Part shown: positions 27,384-50,010 of the stretch, piece after piece
How the letters are laid out: every line of letters begins with the position of its first letter
How positions within the stretch are numbered: position 1 is the first letter of the stretch
NCBI RefSeq assembly: GCF_009914755.1
Contig: NC_060928.1
Source of the DNA: the human T2T-CHM13v2.0 reference genome, Homo sapiens
Direction: 5' to 3' (one strand)
DNA length: 64,000 nt
Program-made: the position numbers and the translations under genes
The notes under the pieces: generated by a model
The model's input: the letters and a program-made list of their open reading frames with translations, nothing else
Database searches by the model: none
Told to the model about the DNA's origin: nothing

Positions 27384-27894
27384 CAGCAATCCCTGTTGGG
27401 AACCAGTGTCATGGAAGACTTTTTCCACAGACTGGGGTTGGGGCCACGGGAGATGGTTTCAGGATGATTCAAGCCCATTTCATTTATTGTGCACTTTATT
27501 TCTATTATTATTGCATTGTAATATATAATGAGATAATTATACAACTCACCATAATGTCGAATCAGTGGAAGTCCTGAGCTTGTTTTCATGCAACTAGACG
27601 GACACATTTGGGGGTGATGGGAGACAGTGACAGATCATCAGGCATTAGATTCTCATAAGAAGCGGGCAACCTAGATCCCTCCCATGTGCAGGGTTCCTGC
27701 TCCTATAAGAATCTAATGCCCCAGTGATCTGACAGGAAACAGAGCTCAGGCAGTAACACAGGTGACGGTTAGCAGCTGTAAATACAGATGAAGCTTCGCT
27801 TGCTGGCCCTGAGCACACCTCCTGCTTTGCCGCTGGGTTCCTAACAGTCCATGGACCACTGCCAGTCCATGGCCCAGAGGTTGGGGACCCTTGC
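27384..27894. mobile_element. MER1A-like hAT-Charlie non-autonomous DNA transposon
   Basis: Characteristic CATTTATTGTGCACTTTATTTCTATTATTATT and GGCATTAGATTCTCATAAG motifs, with a GGTTGGGGACCC terminus. Confidence 0.85.
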
Positions 27895-30105
27895 CATAGA
27901 AGGAGAAAGAAGACTGAGGATAGATAGAGGAAGGAGGACAAAACTTGGCTTGGCTGAGATCACAGCGGCCTACTTCTTCGCATGGGAAACCAAATTCTGA
28001 TGATGGAAATGAGTGGAAGCCCCTTGTCTGTCTTCTGTCCTTGAGTTCAGGAGAGTTGCTTGTTTGTGGATCAGTTTCACTGGCAATAAAATGACACTGA
28101 TGTCCACCTGATAAAGAGGTGCTATGGGTGCGGTTAAGTTTTGAACTGTGTCAGAGCTAGGTATAATCAAGTACAGTGACTGTGGGGAAAGAAGGGTACA
28201 TTTACAAGTGAGGCAGATTCCCGTAAGGGCTGCAATTTTGTTAATCATCAACATTTATTATTTCTTCTCTAGAAGTGACAGTCAGGGTACCTTCTCTCAG
28301 CTGATGAACATGAGAGCAGGTGGAAGATAAGACGTGCTATCTGATTATGTCAGTGAACTCATACAGTAGAACAGTATTATCAGAATTGGAGTTTCCAATC
28401 TCTAATTTGAAAACTGACAAAAGGCCCAGAAAATTTCTAAAAGCTTGAATAAGGCCAGAGCCCCCAAAAAAGTGACTATTTATTTCTGTACTTTCAATTT
28501 ATTAAGTTTTCTGAAAATCACCAGGGGACATTTGCAAAAGAAGCAATTTTAAGTCACTCATATCTAAATTAGGCAAAGTAATTTGTAATATGGGCTTTAT
28601 TATTGTTTCAGTTTGTATAAAACCATTAAAAATGATTATTTTTAATGAAGAGATTATTTTAGTTATTATTTAAAACATGAACATCATTCTTTGATAACGA
28701 AAATGTCTTTACTGTTAAAGAAACACAATAGGAATTTTAATTATGCAATGAAAGGTACTAGACATTTCAGGAAGGGGTTTATACAAATATCCTCATCTCA
28801 GGCTATTATTTCTCTTAAAACAAGCAAATTACTAAAGTCTGAAAGTACTTTGGCCAAAGTTACATCAGACTGAGGAAATGTAAGGCTTCCACTGTGTGCC
28901 ACCGTTACAAATATGCTAATGAGAACATAGCAGCTGGAAATCACCTTTGAGGCCCTCTTATTGCGGTTTTTCTTTTTGAAAAGAAAAACCAAAAAACAAA
29001 AATATTTTTGTTTCAATGTGATCGTGTCATTTTGATAAATTCATTATCTGATCCTGACATAGCCTTAAAGTGTGAAACTTTCTCTTGCACATAGAACTGC
29101 TCATGGGCTGCCAACATCTTTTAAATTAGACAGATGCAGTTAAACTCTCCTGTGAATTCAACAGGATTTTAAACTTGGTTAACCTCACTTGCTACAACCA
29201 AATGCCCTGAGTGGTGTTGGGGTTATAGGAAGTAACATAAATGCTTTCAGGAAAAAATTACAAGAAACCCTTCAGGGAAATGACTATACTAAAAGTTGGG
29301 CTAGGATTGTATTCAAAATAGACGAAAACAGTAGGCATGTGTTATTGATACAGAAAGGAGGGATTTACTGTTTTAATTACCAATGACCCATCATTTAATT
29401 TGAAAATAACATAAAATGCCCATAATCCATTATATTTCGATCCAGCTTTGAACAATTTGAAATTTCTAAATTGTATTAACGTTTAAAAAAAAAGTAAAAA
29501 TTTATCTTGGCTCTCCTATTCAATTGATGGCATGCCATCACTTCCTGTTATCATCATCCCTCATCCCCATGACATGGGTCAATATAATTTCTAATTAAGT
29601 TACTTGGTTGTTTGGAAATACAAAGTTTTTCCGTGGCAAGAATCTTAAGAGTTTTAGATATTTTTGCTAGCCCATAATTAAGATGATGTACATTAAACGC
29701 CTACTGTATGTTATTTAACATAAAAAATAAAAGCAGCTAATTTGTGGTAATACAATCACACCATGTAAAAAAAAAGAAGAGGTGCATGTTTGTGTTACTT
29801 GCTGATAAATGAATTATATGACCTCGCTTTCTGTCCAAGGCGTTCTAAGCACCTGAGACCCACACTTGTCTAACTCTCCCCTGTCCGGCCCTGACGTTTA
29901 CATTATGTGCAGTTCAGCTCAAGTGTGTCTCACCGCCTCATGGTGGATGCTCTCTGCTAACAAGTGAAAACATTTAGAATCACCTGAGATAGCTGACCTA
30001 AATCGTTTTCCACTAGTTCCTAAATGAGGGACAGGCGGCAGCCCAAATCTCTTCCTCTTCCCTGTTCTTGAAGTCAAGTGACCACAATTAAAATTAACAA
30101 CTTAA

Positions 30106-30427
<322 letters not shown>

Positions 30428-30926
30428 TTAAATCTATGTGTGAAGGATGCACTACTAAAGAAAACAGAGTGCAGAACAAAAATGCTAGCATTTGTGGAAA
30501 AACATAAATATGTGAACTATCCAAGGAGATAGAATGGATAATGTTGGTTAATTCTGAGGAGAACATGGCTGACAGAGGACAGAAGGCTGGAGTCAGGCAG
30601 AGAGTTCTCACTGTGTCCTTTTTCCAACAGTTTGGCTTTTTGTAATTATCTTCATGTGTTACAGTTACAAACACATACAGACTTTTAAAGAAGAGTCGAG
30701 TAAGAGAAATCCCCCAAGAGACAGGTCTCAATGCTTTAAAGCCTTAATATTTTTCATATGATGGAGGTTTACAACAAAATTCAGGCTCTCAAGAAAACAG
30801 TCAGATGGTGAGGAGAAAAGTGGATCCCCTAAAGACAAGGCCTCTCAAGGGTGCAGGGAGAGGAATGAGTCAGCCTGTTTGGGCCATCATTTCTGTCCCA
30901 CGCTGGAGGCAGTTGTGGGAAAGGTG

Positions 30927-31965
30927 CTGTGGGAGGCAGAATTCTAAAATGGCTCCCTAGGTCTTCACCCCCTGGTATGCACAATTTGTATAATCTCCTC
31001 TTGAAAAGAGGTAGAACCTATAAATATGTTGTAATATCACTATGGCGATTAGGTTTATAATCAGTTATCTTTGAGTTAACAAAATGGGAGATGATCCAGC
31101 TGGGCTGGGCCTAATCAGGTGAGATTTTGTTTTTGTTTTTGTTTTCTTTTTTTGAGACAGGGTCTCATTCTGTCATCCAGGCTGGAGTGCAGTGGTGCGA
31201 TCTCTGTTGATTGCAACCGCCACCTCCTGGGTTCGAGCGATTCTCCCACCTCAGCTGAAACTACAGGAGCATACTACCATGCCCGGCTAATTTTTTTATT
31301 TCTTGGTAAAGGTGGGGTTTCACCATGTTGGCCAGGCTGGTCTTGAACTCCTGATCTCAGGGGAGCCTCCTGCCTTGGCGTCCCCAAAGTACTGGGATTA
31401 CAGGCACGAGCCACCGCACCTGGCCTAATCAGGTGGGTTATTAAAGGTAAAAGGACTTCACCCTTCATGAAGTCAAAGACACATGCTCCTGCTGGCCTGG
31501 AAGGAGCAAATATCCATGCAGGAGCTGCCTACGAAGGCCACATGGCAAGGAAATTCCAGTGGCATCTAGGAGCTGAGAGTGGCCCAGTCAATAGCTAGCA
31601 AGAAAATGGGGGCCTCAGTGCTACAACTGCAATTCTGCCAAAAACCTGAATAAACCTCGAAGGACCCCAAGCCTCAGATAAGAAGTGCAGTGCTCTCAGC
31701 TATAAGTGTGCCCAGACTTCTGACTGACAGAAACCTTGAAATAATAAATGAGTGTTGTTTGGTTTTTTGTATATCATAGAACCTTCATTTTTCCTCTAAG
31801 TTATTAAAAAAACTTATATAACATCCATGCTCTAGTTATGACACCATTTATAGATGTGTAAAATGCATCTTCATTTGTATATATTTTACAGATAGTTTAA
31901 TAAGTGCTGTTTTAAGCTGCTAACTTTGTAGCAACCTGTTATGCGCAATTTAAAAAGCTAACATA
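30927..31965 (+). mobile_element. MLT1-family MaLR LTR, interrupted by a reverse Alu (about 31125-31424) and a ~140-bp insert
   Basis: TGTGGGAGGCAGAATTCTAAAATGG start; CTAGGAGCTGAGAGTGGCCC and AATAAATGAGTGTTGTTT MLT1 motifs. Confidence 0.78.
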
Positions 31966-32294
31966 GTTGCTTTTGTTAGAGGGTCCCAGTCAATTATGAG
32001 GGTCCTCAACTTTTTCTGGCCTAAAGCCCCCAGTCACTCATTATGAGGGCTTGAGGCCATGTAGGCAAGCATGGGAGGAACTGATTGGGGGAATACATTA
32101 TTTCTACCTGTCGTATACTCCCCTCAAACCGAGTAACTTGATTTTTTCCTTGTTGAATCTAAACTTTCTCAAATAGTACTCGTCAGTGTAATTTTTAGTA
32201 AAAATCAACAAACAAAAAAACCTCTCCCCTTCTTTAATGTTACATTTAAGTATTTATATTTTTATACTTCAAGTGTTAGTACTTTTCCTTTAAC

Positions 32295-34482
<2,188 letters not shown>

Positions 34483-35371
34483 AAATTTTCTATGTTGTCA
34501 ATATAAATATCCAAACTCCTTAAAATGAAACACAAAGACCTCCTATTATGAGCCAACTCTTGCCAATTTTTTCCAACTAATTTCTGGCCACATCACTACT
34601 AATCCATCAGTCACTGTGATTGCCTTAAGTGCATTGCTTGTGTGCACAGTCTGAATCTGTAGCACCAATGTAGCACTTGACACAAAAGATTCCCTAAACA
34701 TGTTATTGAGATGAACGAATGATGTCAGCTTGTATCAGCATTTTATATTTTATATTCAAGATGATAAATCCTAGAAAATCAAAATGAGTATGATGCTGCA
34801 GCCAGTTTTCCTGCGTGTCATAATGTATTCCTTATATAGGTGTACATCTCAATCACTTAAAATAGTTGAAATTTGTGTAATGAAACTTCCATCTTTGAAA
34901 TCTTACTAAAACTCACCACTGGATTATAAATGAGCCATTTTGTCTTTGTGTTTTACATGACTCTAAGGATCTTACCAGGAATCCCTGTTGAAGACAATCT
35001 GACTGTTGTCCAAACTGTAAGAAAGATAATATCTCCTATGAGATCCCTCCTCTTCTATCAGTGCCATTGCCTTTCTCTCCATACTCAGGTGTACAGTGCC
35101 CTTTTTTAGGCTCTGAAATGTACAGCCCTTCATCCTAAACACTGTATTTCCAACATTTTTGCTCCCCTACCCCCAAATAGAATTTTGCAAAGACAATAAT
35201 TCCTTCACATAAAGTCGATATTCATCTTTCATTATAACTTTAGATACAAAGGGTCTAAATCTGACGTTGAATAAACATAACTCATACATTACTCTTTTAA
35301 ATGTATCCAACACAAATTTTATATCCTAGTGATTTGATGTTCCCCATCATCCATTTAAAAACGCATGTACA

Positions 35372-36484
<1,113 letters not shown>

Positions 36485-37599
36485 TTAAACATTTCTGTTT
36501 TCTGTGACCATAGACTCTAAGTATTAAACTTTCTTAAAGATTGAATTGTACAAGTATTGATTCATAATTGATGAAGAAGACAAAAATAAAATGGTACGTT
36601 TTGATGAATATTAAGTGATAAAATTTATTCAAGTGTCACTTCTCCATAAGATTTCTGGAGTTTTAAAAAATTAATTCACAGCTGAATGTTACTTATAGTT
36701 GGAATAAAACAACATTCCACAAAAATATACACATGGAAGAGGAGAGGAACTGTGTTTACATAAATAAATAGAGATAGAATTTTGTTATAGCAATGCCATT
36801 TGGTTATTTAAACTTCTAAGGTCATATATTAAACATTACATAGCGATCTATCACACAAAAAAAATGTGTTTTAAGTGATCGAGCAACTGACTATTCAACT
36901 ATTTCCTCCTATTTTGTTGTAAACAATTGACTTGCCAAAGCATTTATGACCCAGCTTTTGGAGTCCTTCACTCTCTCAGTTTCTAGGAAGTATACCAAAG
37001 GCTTTACCAAAATGTATCAAATGACTATTAATAAAACCTATTATTCCTTCACTCTAGAGGAAACTTCTTTAACCCAGCAGGCTCAAAAAGGATTGAGAAA
37101 ATTAAAATATTGTTTATGTCAATAACTTTTCCAATAAAATATATTTTGACATTTAGAAATCTTAGGTACTTTTGATTTTTTTGTCAAAATTTCGAGTTGC
37201 AGATTTCAGTTGTTCCATGGAAGGACAATGTCCACTGTGTAACTCAATAAGACACTTTTCACTGTCAAACTAGTCAGCCTAATCAGATATTCTATCCAAA
37301 AAGTCCTAACTTTATTTTCCAGTTCAGCAATATATGTGTCTCTGTGATAACAAGCTCACTTCTAAGACAGAGCACAGAATGAAGCCTTAATGTGCATCTG
37401 TCTTTTGCTAACAGATTTCAACAATGTCATATTCATTGTTTCTTACTGACATTCTCTCTTCTTGGCTCTAAGAGGACTCTCCATTCTTAGTCTAAATAAT
37501 AAGTTTTTCTTGCACTTTCATTAGGAGAAGGAACTTTTCTGTAGTAATACAGCTCCCAGAATACCTTTCACCGAAGCAATTCCTAAAGGGGTGTGTCTT

Positions 37600-37710
37600 A
37601 TGGTGCAAGATTGCTGAAAGTCCCGGAATTGAATTACACAACCATATTCTGAGACAGTCACAGGATTGGTTGTTTTTTTTTTTTTAATTCCTACTTCCTG
37701 AAACTGAAGC
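37600..37710 (+). promoter_or_regulatory. ALPK1: Probable ALPK1 non-CpG-island promoter with kB-like, CCAAT, ETS and ISRE-like motifs
   Basis: TGAAAGTCCC at 37615-37624, ATTGG at about 37665, ACTTCCTG at 37693-37700 overlapping GAAACTGAAG. All lie directly upstream of a donor-terminated exon. Confidence 0.55.
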
Positions 37711-37812
37711 CGTTTATGAGAAACAGTATGTTTCAGAGAGGCTGTACCAGAATTAACTCTGCTCAGAGTTAGATTTGCTGGTCTTAAAGTACTTTTCCTC
37801 TTTAAGATAAAA
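37710..37812 (+). other. ALPK1: Probable ALPK1 non-coding exon 1 (start approximate)
   Basis: AAA|GTGAGT donor at 37813. The junction ...aagataaaa|gaagttcttc... matches the recalled ALPK1 5' UTR, and known gene order supports it. Confidence 0.72.
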
Positions 37813-40800
37813 GTGAGTATCATCCTTTAAATGACAAAACGCAGTAGATGGCATAATATATGAGGAAGTATTTGTCTTAAGTGTTGACTCAGTTTCCATC
37901 TGCTGATCTTGTTTATATTTAAATAACTTTAGAGCTCTAAGAACCTTTGCACTTCTATAATAGAAACTTTCCAGAAAGGGGAGGATGAGTTGGTGGGGTG
38001 AAGGGGGTGGAGTGGGGAAGGGGAGGGAGAGAAGGGAAAAGTTACCTACAATGGTAAACTGTAGTCATTATGAAGGGGAGAAGGCAAACCAGTTTTTCAT
38101 AAGGTTTTAATAACAAGTTTCTTAAGTCACTGAGCTTCTGGTCTTGTCACTTAACTGAGATGTTTAATTAAAGGATTGTTAGGATTATTTGTTTAAAAAA
38201 AAACTCTATGACTTTTGCCTGGAATACATAGGTAATAATAGAAACTACCACTTTTATGACAGCATCAGTAATTTTGCTAGGAAACAGGTAGATAAGGCAC
38301 GAGACTTACTCGTCTCATATGGGTGAATTGACGGGAATTCTGAGTGCGTGGAAGCATTGTTTAGAGACAAAGCATCCAGAAAAATTAAATTCCTTTGCAT
38401 GTCTATTTAGAAAAATCCTTTAATTAAAAAATTCTAGTGTTTGAAATTAGTACTTTAGAGTACTTTGAAAAGCCACAAATTAAAACCTTTAAGATGGTTT
38501 GGGATTTGAGGATGGGTGAGGGTACAAACAGGCAGGATCAGGAAGGAGAGGACTTTATGCCACAATATAATAGCATCTCTGCTTGCGATATATATTTCTC
38601 TCTCTCTCTGTCTCTCTCTCTCTCCCTTTTACTTTCTTTTTACTTTGTGCCACTAATTCTCTTATAAGAAACAATATCCATTTAATTTGGGGTATAATTT
38701 ATGCACTTGGGATACACTCTAGTCTCTAGAACCAATGTCAAGTCCAGTCCTTGTCTGCTGACCGAAACAATTTACTTCTCTCTTCCCACCTCCTTCCCAC
38801 CCCATCAACCTCAAGCCTCAAGAGAAACAAAATACTTAAACTTATTTTAGAAATAACTTATTCCCCATATCAAAGATCTTTTAAATCTGAGATGAATCTC
38901 TCAAATTTCTTCCGCCAAGAAGACACCAAAATTGTATAGCATCTCTATCTGCATGAGTAGGAAGCCAATAATTACTTTAAACTTTTCAAAATCTATTTTA
39001 AACTGTAAAGAAAAGGCATGTGTAAATTATGATGGATATTAGGCATTATCATATATAATAATACTGTGATGAGCTTTGCTGATGTGTTAAGCTGTAACAA
39101 TACCTCCCAGCAAGTGCCATGTGATCTAGGTTTGGATTTAGAGCCTGAAGTTTTCCTTAAGAATAAGTTTGTGCATTTCAAGATATTTCTGAAATTCCAT
39201 GGCTCCTTCTATTCCAAACAATTTTACTGATCCCTTTCCCATGAACACAAGGCATGAATTGCTTTTATTATTCTCTAATCTATTGCAGAGAATGATGGCT
39301 TTTTGGCATAAGCTGTTCATTGTAAATGATTTTCTTTCTTGAAATTTTGAATATCTATGGATTGAAGAACTCTTAAAGGAATGAGCATTTAAACTTTTGG
39401 TGAAAATATATTCCATATTTTTGTTTTTTTTGTATTTTGTATTGTATTTGTTGCCTCTCTATATGGGGGAGTCTTTGTTTCTTGTTATTGATGGTGACAA
39501 CTGTTTTTGCAGAATGTTGTAATATGCTTTATTTATAGAGAACTGTGGGATAGACAAACTTAAAAGAAAGAATATTATCTGGTGCTATCATTCTTCTATG
39601 TCTGAAGAAAAGAAGAGATGATTATAACTTAAATATCAGATACATACAAATACAACTTTTCCTAAGTATGGTATACATGCTACTGATTTTAGGCAGTACA
39701 TGTCTAAACTTCAAAATTTTGAGTTATTTGCTAGCTTAATATAAATTAACATAATTTGCTTATAAAACCTAGAATTTCATGAATACTGTTGTTCAGGAAA
39801 GTGTTAAGTAAGAAGTTGAGCTAATTTACTATTGATTTTAAGGAAATGATTAAATAAATAATATTACAGGTAATCTGCAGATTTGGCAAAAATTATGAAG
39901 ATGGCATGCAAATGGCTAAAGTTTCAGACATGCTACACTAATGCATTTGAGAAGTGGATATTTTCTTAGCCAGTGCAGTATCTTTGAATTTTACTGGGCC
40001 TTGGTTACAGAGCTCAGTTGACAATGCAATCTGTTCAATTTCCTAAGTATAGATGTACAAAGTATTTGACAGAGAAATATTTTATCAAACGTTTATCACA
40101 CCTGTAGCCTAATAAACTATTATATTTCCTCGTAAATTATCATATAATTGAAGGGATGCAGAAGATAGCCAATACTTTTTCAAATAAGAGTGATAGAAAG
40201 GGTGAAATGTCTCAGCTTGAATACTACAGGTTCATTCTGCTTGTTTCACTGAACTTCTGAACTCAGGGGCCAGGGGGGACTTTAAACATTATCTAGATCA
40301 AGGGCTACTAATGGGTCATAGTATGTGCCAATGGCTATATGCAATAATTTCATTTCTGGGAATCCATCCTAAGGGGGAAATAATTCTAGACAAGGGAAAA
40401 ATTCGCAAACATGTTCATCATAAAGTCGTAATAACAAATAATTGCAAGCATTCTCATAAAAGGGGGAGGTTAAGCAAAAGATACTGTACCCATAAAACAT
40501 GATAGGATAAAAAATAGTACCAGCACAGAAAATACTAAGTGAAAAACAGACTCAGGATTGAATAACTTGTATGCATGCAAGTATTTACATAAAATGGTAT
40601 AGATATAAATTCAGAAATATTCTAAAAGTGATTGTTGTCTTACAGTGATAGATTCTTTCCCTTCCTTCTATTTCTTTCTACATAACATGATATTCTTACA
40701 AAAAATTTTTAAATTATTATATAATATACTTATATCTTTTTTGAGAAAACAAATATAGTTTATTAAATAGAACTATATTGCTAATAATATATAGTAAATA

Positions 40801-43800
40801 AAACTATGCAGCTTTGGAAGATAAAAGTTTTTCCTTCTTTTTATTTGGCATACAAATAACCAGCTATGTGAAAGAAGAGAGGACGGAGTCTCAGTGCTAG
40901 GAACAAACAGGTGCAGCGGAGTCAGTGAACAGAGAAGGAAATACCAGTTGAAACACTTACTATTGGTTCATTTTTCTTGTGTTGATTGCTTCTCTGTCAA
41001 CTGTAGCTTTTACTTCAGTCTAATAATTCTTTTGGCTTAAAGATAAAAAAAAAAAAGGCAGGGAAGGGGGAATGGAAATTTGGCCTGACCTGTGTGCAAA
41101 TAACCTCTTAACTCATTTCTTGTTCTTATGGATTTCCATATTTTGGATTTAGTAATTTATATCTGCACATATTGTACTTATATTCAATTTTGTCATGTCT
41201 TTGTATATACTCCTACTGCACCTCAAAATGCACTGTGTCATTGGCTCACCAGCACTGCTTTGACCTTAACCCCAGCACATCTGGTTACTGTGGTGCATTC
41301 TCCATCAGTGCATAATATGCACCCAAAATATCTGCAGAATTGCCAGCAAAAGCCTTGTCCATTCATAATTACCTTTTTTTCTACAAAAAAAAAATTTAGA
41401 ACCTCATCATGTGTCCTTTTAGTTGGCATTTCTTCACAGTAACTTCAGCTCTAATTAAAGTTTGGACACTGCTGGTCAGCCCGTCATCATTTTCCAAGAT
41501 AACTATATCATTACCGAGAAATTTTCTTCCCTGAGGTCATGCCCCAAATAATTATTGTGAAAGATAATAAACTGTAAGTGGTAACATCTCTTTTGATATA
41601 TTAATGTATTAGGTTTGACATACACTTCTGAAGATTGCAGGTTACTCAATAAGCAACATTTGAAGACCTTTGAGCCCAGATTTCCTGTTACTCTAAACCT
41701 ACCCTCTTCCTTGGGACATGAGAAACTTGGTTTAGGCTTCTGAAGGCGCAGCTTGCCAGGGCAGCTCAGCAACTGTTAGAAGCGCCCTTACTGTGTTAAT
41801 TCCATGCTATACAGACTCCTGCACCATTATGTAGATAAGGTTAGGCTCTCCTTCTAGCTTTCTGCTCTTTCTAGCTCTCTGTGGGGTCTTCTTGGGGCAC
41901 ATCCCTTGAATATATTTTCACTCAGTAAAGTGACCTCTGATCACCTTATTCCCAAGCACATGTTCTCACCAGAATGTTCAACAAGCACTTGTGATAGAGA
42001 CTTGTAGGAAGAGAAATCCTCTGGGGCATTTGATACATGGGATACAGAAGATACCGTATATTCTGTATCAGCAGTCTCACATTTTATTTACTTATTTATT
42101 TATTTATTTGACAGGGTCTCACTCTGCTGCCCAGGCTGGAGTGCAGTGATGTGATTGTGATCACGGCTCATTGCAAGTTCTACGTCCTGGGCTAGGCTCA
42201 CATTTTAGAGCCTGAGTGAGCTATCGACTTACAGATGCATTTTCACCCCATATCCTCCCATCATCCAATTACAGTGTCTTTGTGGACAACTGAACCTTCA
42301 CTCGATGACCTCTCTCTCCAAAACCCTTCTCCTCCCTCACCACTGACTCTCAGATTCACATCCTGGAGCTTACAGTCCCTGAGACAGGGTCTAGCTCTCA
42401 AATTTTATACTTCAGTATCCAACTCCCTAAAAAACAGCCCTCTTTCTTCATCTCTGCTTTCATTAGCCCATCTGTCAAGACCTCTAGGTGCTGGTCCCTG
42501 CCCTCATTTCTCCCAGTCACCATTCCTCTGAGCCATCACTTACCTGTTCCCACAGGCCCCTCAGTCCTTAAGCATAATTACTAAGCACAATCGTAAGTGC
42601 TTAATAAAGGATAAAGCCTAAAGGCTTCTGGAGAAAACTCCACACAATTAATGACACTAAAATTCTTGGTCACACTCTCAGCTGGACCCTTGGTGCTACC
42701 TGGAGATCCCTCTACTTGTTGATGGGCAGCTTCCCGGGCCACTCCTCTCAGGTACTCTACTGAAGGTTTTTCATTCTCCTCAAGCTCCAGTTCTGCCACC
42801 TCACTTCTTACTCTCAGCCCAAAAGCAGGTAACTCCATCAACTTCCTTCCTCCCCCTCCCCTGCCCTCTACTTAAAAACCTCACGCAACCAGAGCACCTC
42901 TGCCTTTTTCCTGTCTGTTTCAGTAAAAAGTGTGTCCTGCCTCCCCAAGGCAAGGCAAACCAATCCTTACAACTGGAGTCTGTCCCCTTCCTTTTTCCTC
43001 TTTCAGGAGGACGCTGCCTTCTCAGCCCTCTGCTGCGGCAGTAAGCATGCTTAAGTGTGAGTATCCTGAAAAAAGCAAGCAAACAAACAAACAAACAAAC
43101 CCCTTTTTGCAGCTACATCCCTCTTGGTCTACTTCCCTTTCTCTCCTGTGCCTCTCAGCCACATTCCTCCATAGACAAGCCTCTACTCCTCGGCTCCATT
43201 TCTTCACCTTTTACTTCTACCTCCCTGCAATCTGGCATTTGCCCTGAACTTACTTACATTCATGTATCAGAGGCTTCCCAGGAGACAAACACAAAGGCTG
43301 CTTTTTAGACTTTATTTTCTCTGTCTCTCTTTCTAAAATTATGACACTATTATGATACTAACACTTTTTCTCTAAATTCCCTCCTTTGGTTTCCATATCA
43401 CCTTGAGTGATCTTCCTGCCACATCTGATCTTCTGATCTTCCTCCCACATCTCTGGCTGCTCTTACTTCTCTATTCTCTTTCTCTGCCCCATTATACATG
43501 TTAGATTCTGTTCTCTACCCTCTTTCTCTCTTACTGTGTGTTCACCTTGGATGTACTTAACACTAATATATTAAAGGCCCTGCCATTCCTCTCCCTGAGT
43601 CTAGACTCCTATCCAAATGCCTACTTACCATTTCTACTCTGTATTCCACAGGCATCTCACTTCTAACATTTTCAAAATTGGATTCATCATTTACTGCCTC
43701 CACCAGTAATTTTTATATTGCTATCTGGCACTAAAATTCACCCCAAATTCAGCCAAGCCAAAAACTTTGAAGTCACCCTAGATGTCTTTTTTATTTAATC

Positions 43801-44062
43801 AACAATAGCTAATCAATTTTGAAGTCACACTGATTCCATTCTCTGAATGTCTTTTGAATCTACCATATCGATCCATTCTCACTTGGTTCAGGCCATCAGC
43901 ATCCTGCACCATACCGTGATCTCCTCCGTCTCTAGTCTGGGTGCAGGGCTGTTTTTGAACAATTTGTATCAGATCATGCTGTTCAGATGCCTCCTTTTCT
44001 GAGCACATATCTTTATAGCCTTCTTGATCTCCCAGCGACATGCTTCCCCAGCCACATCTTTT

Positions 44063-50010
<5,948 letters not shown>

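Noticed and set aside
36500-41800. AT-rich stretches that might hide ancient transposase or pseudogene remnants
   Set aside because: No recognisable protein motif or repeat consensus by eye; needs RepeatMasker or tBLASTn.
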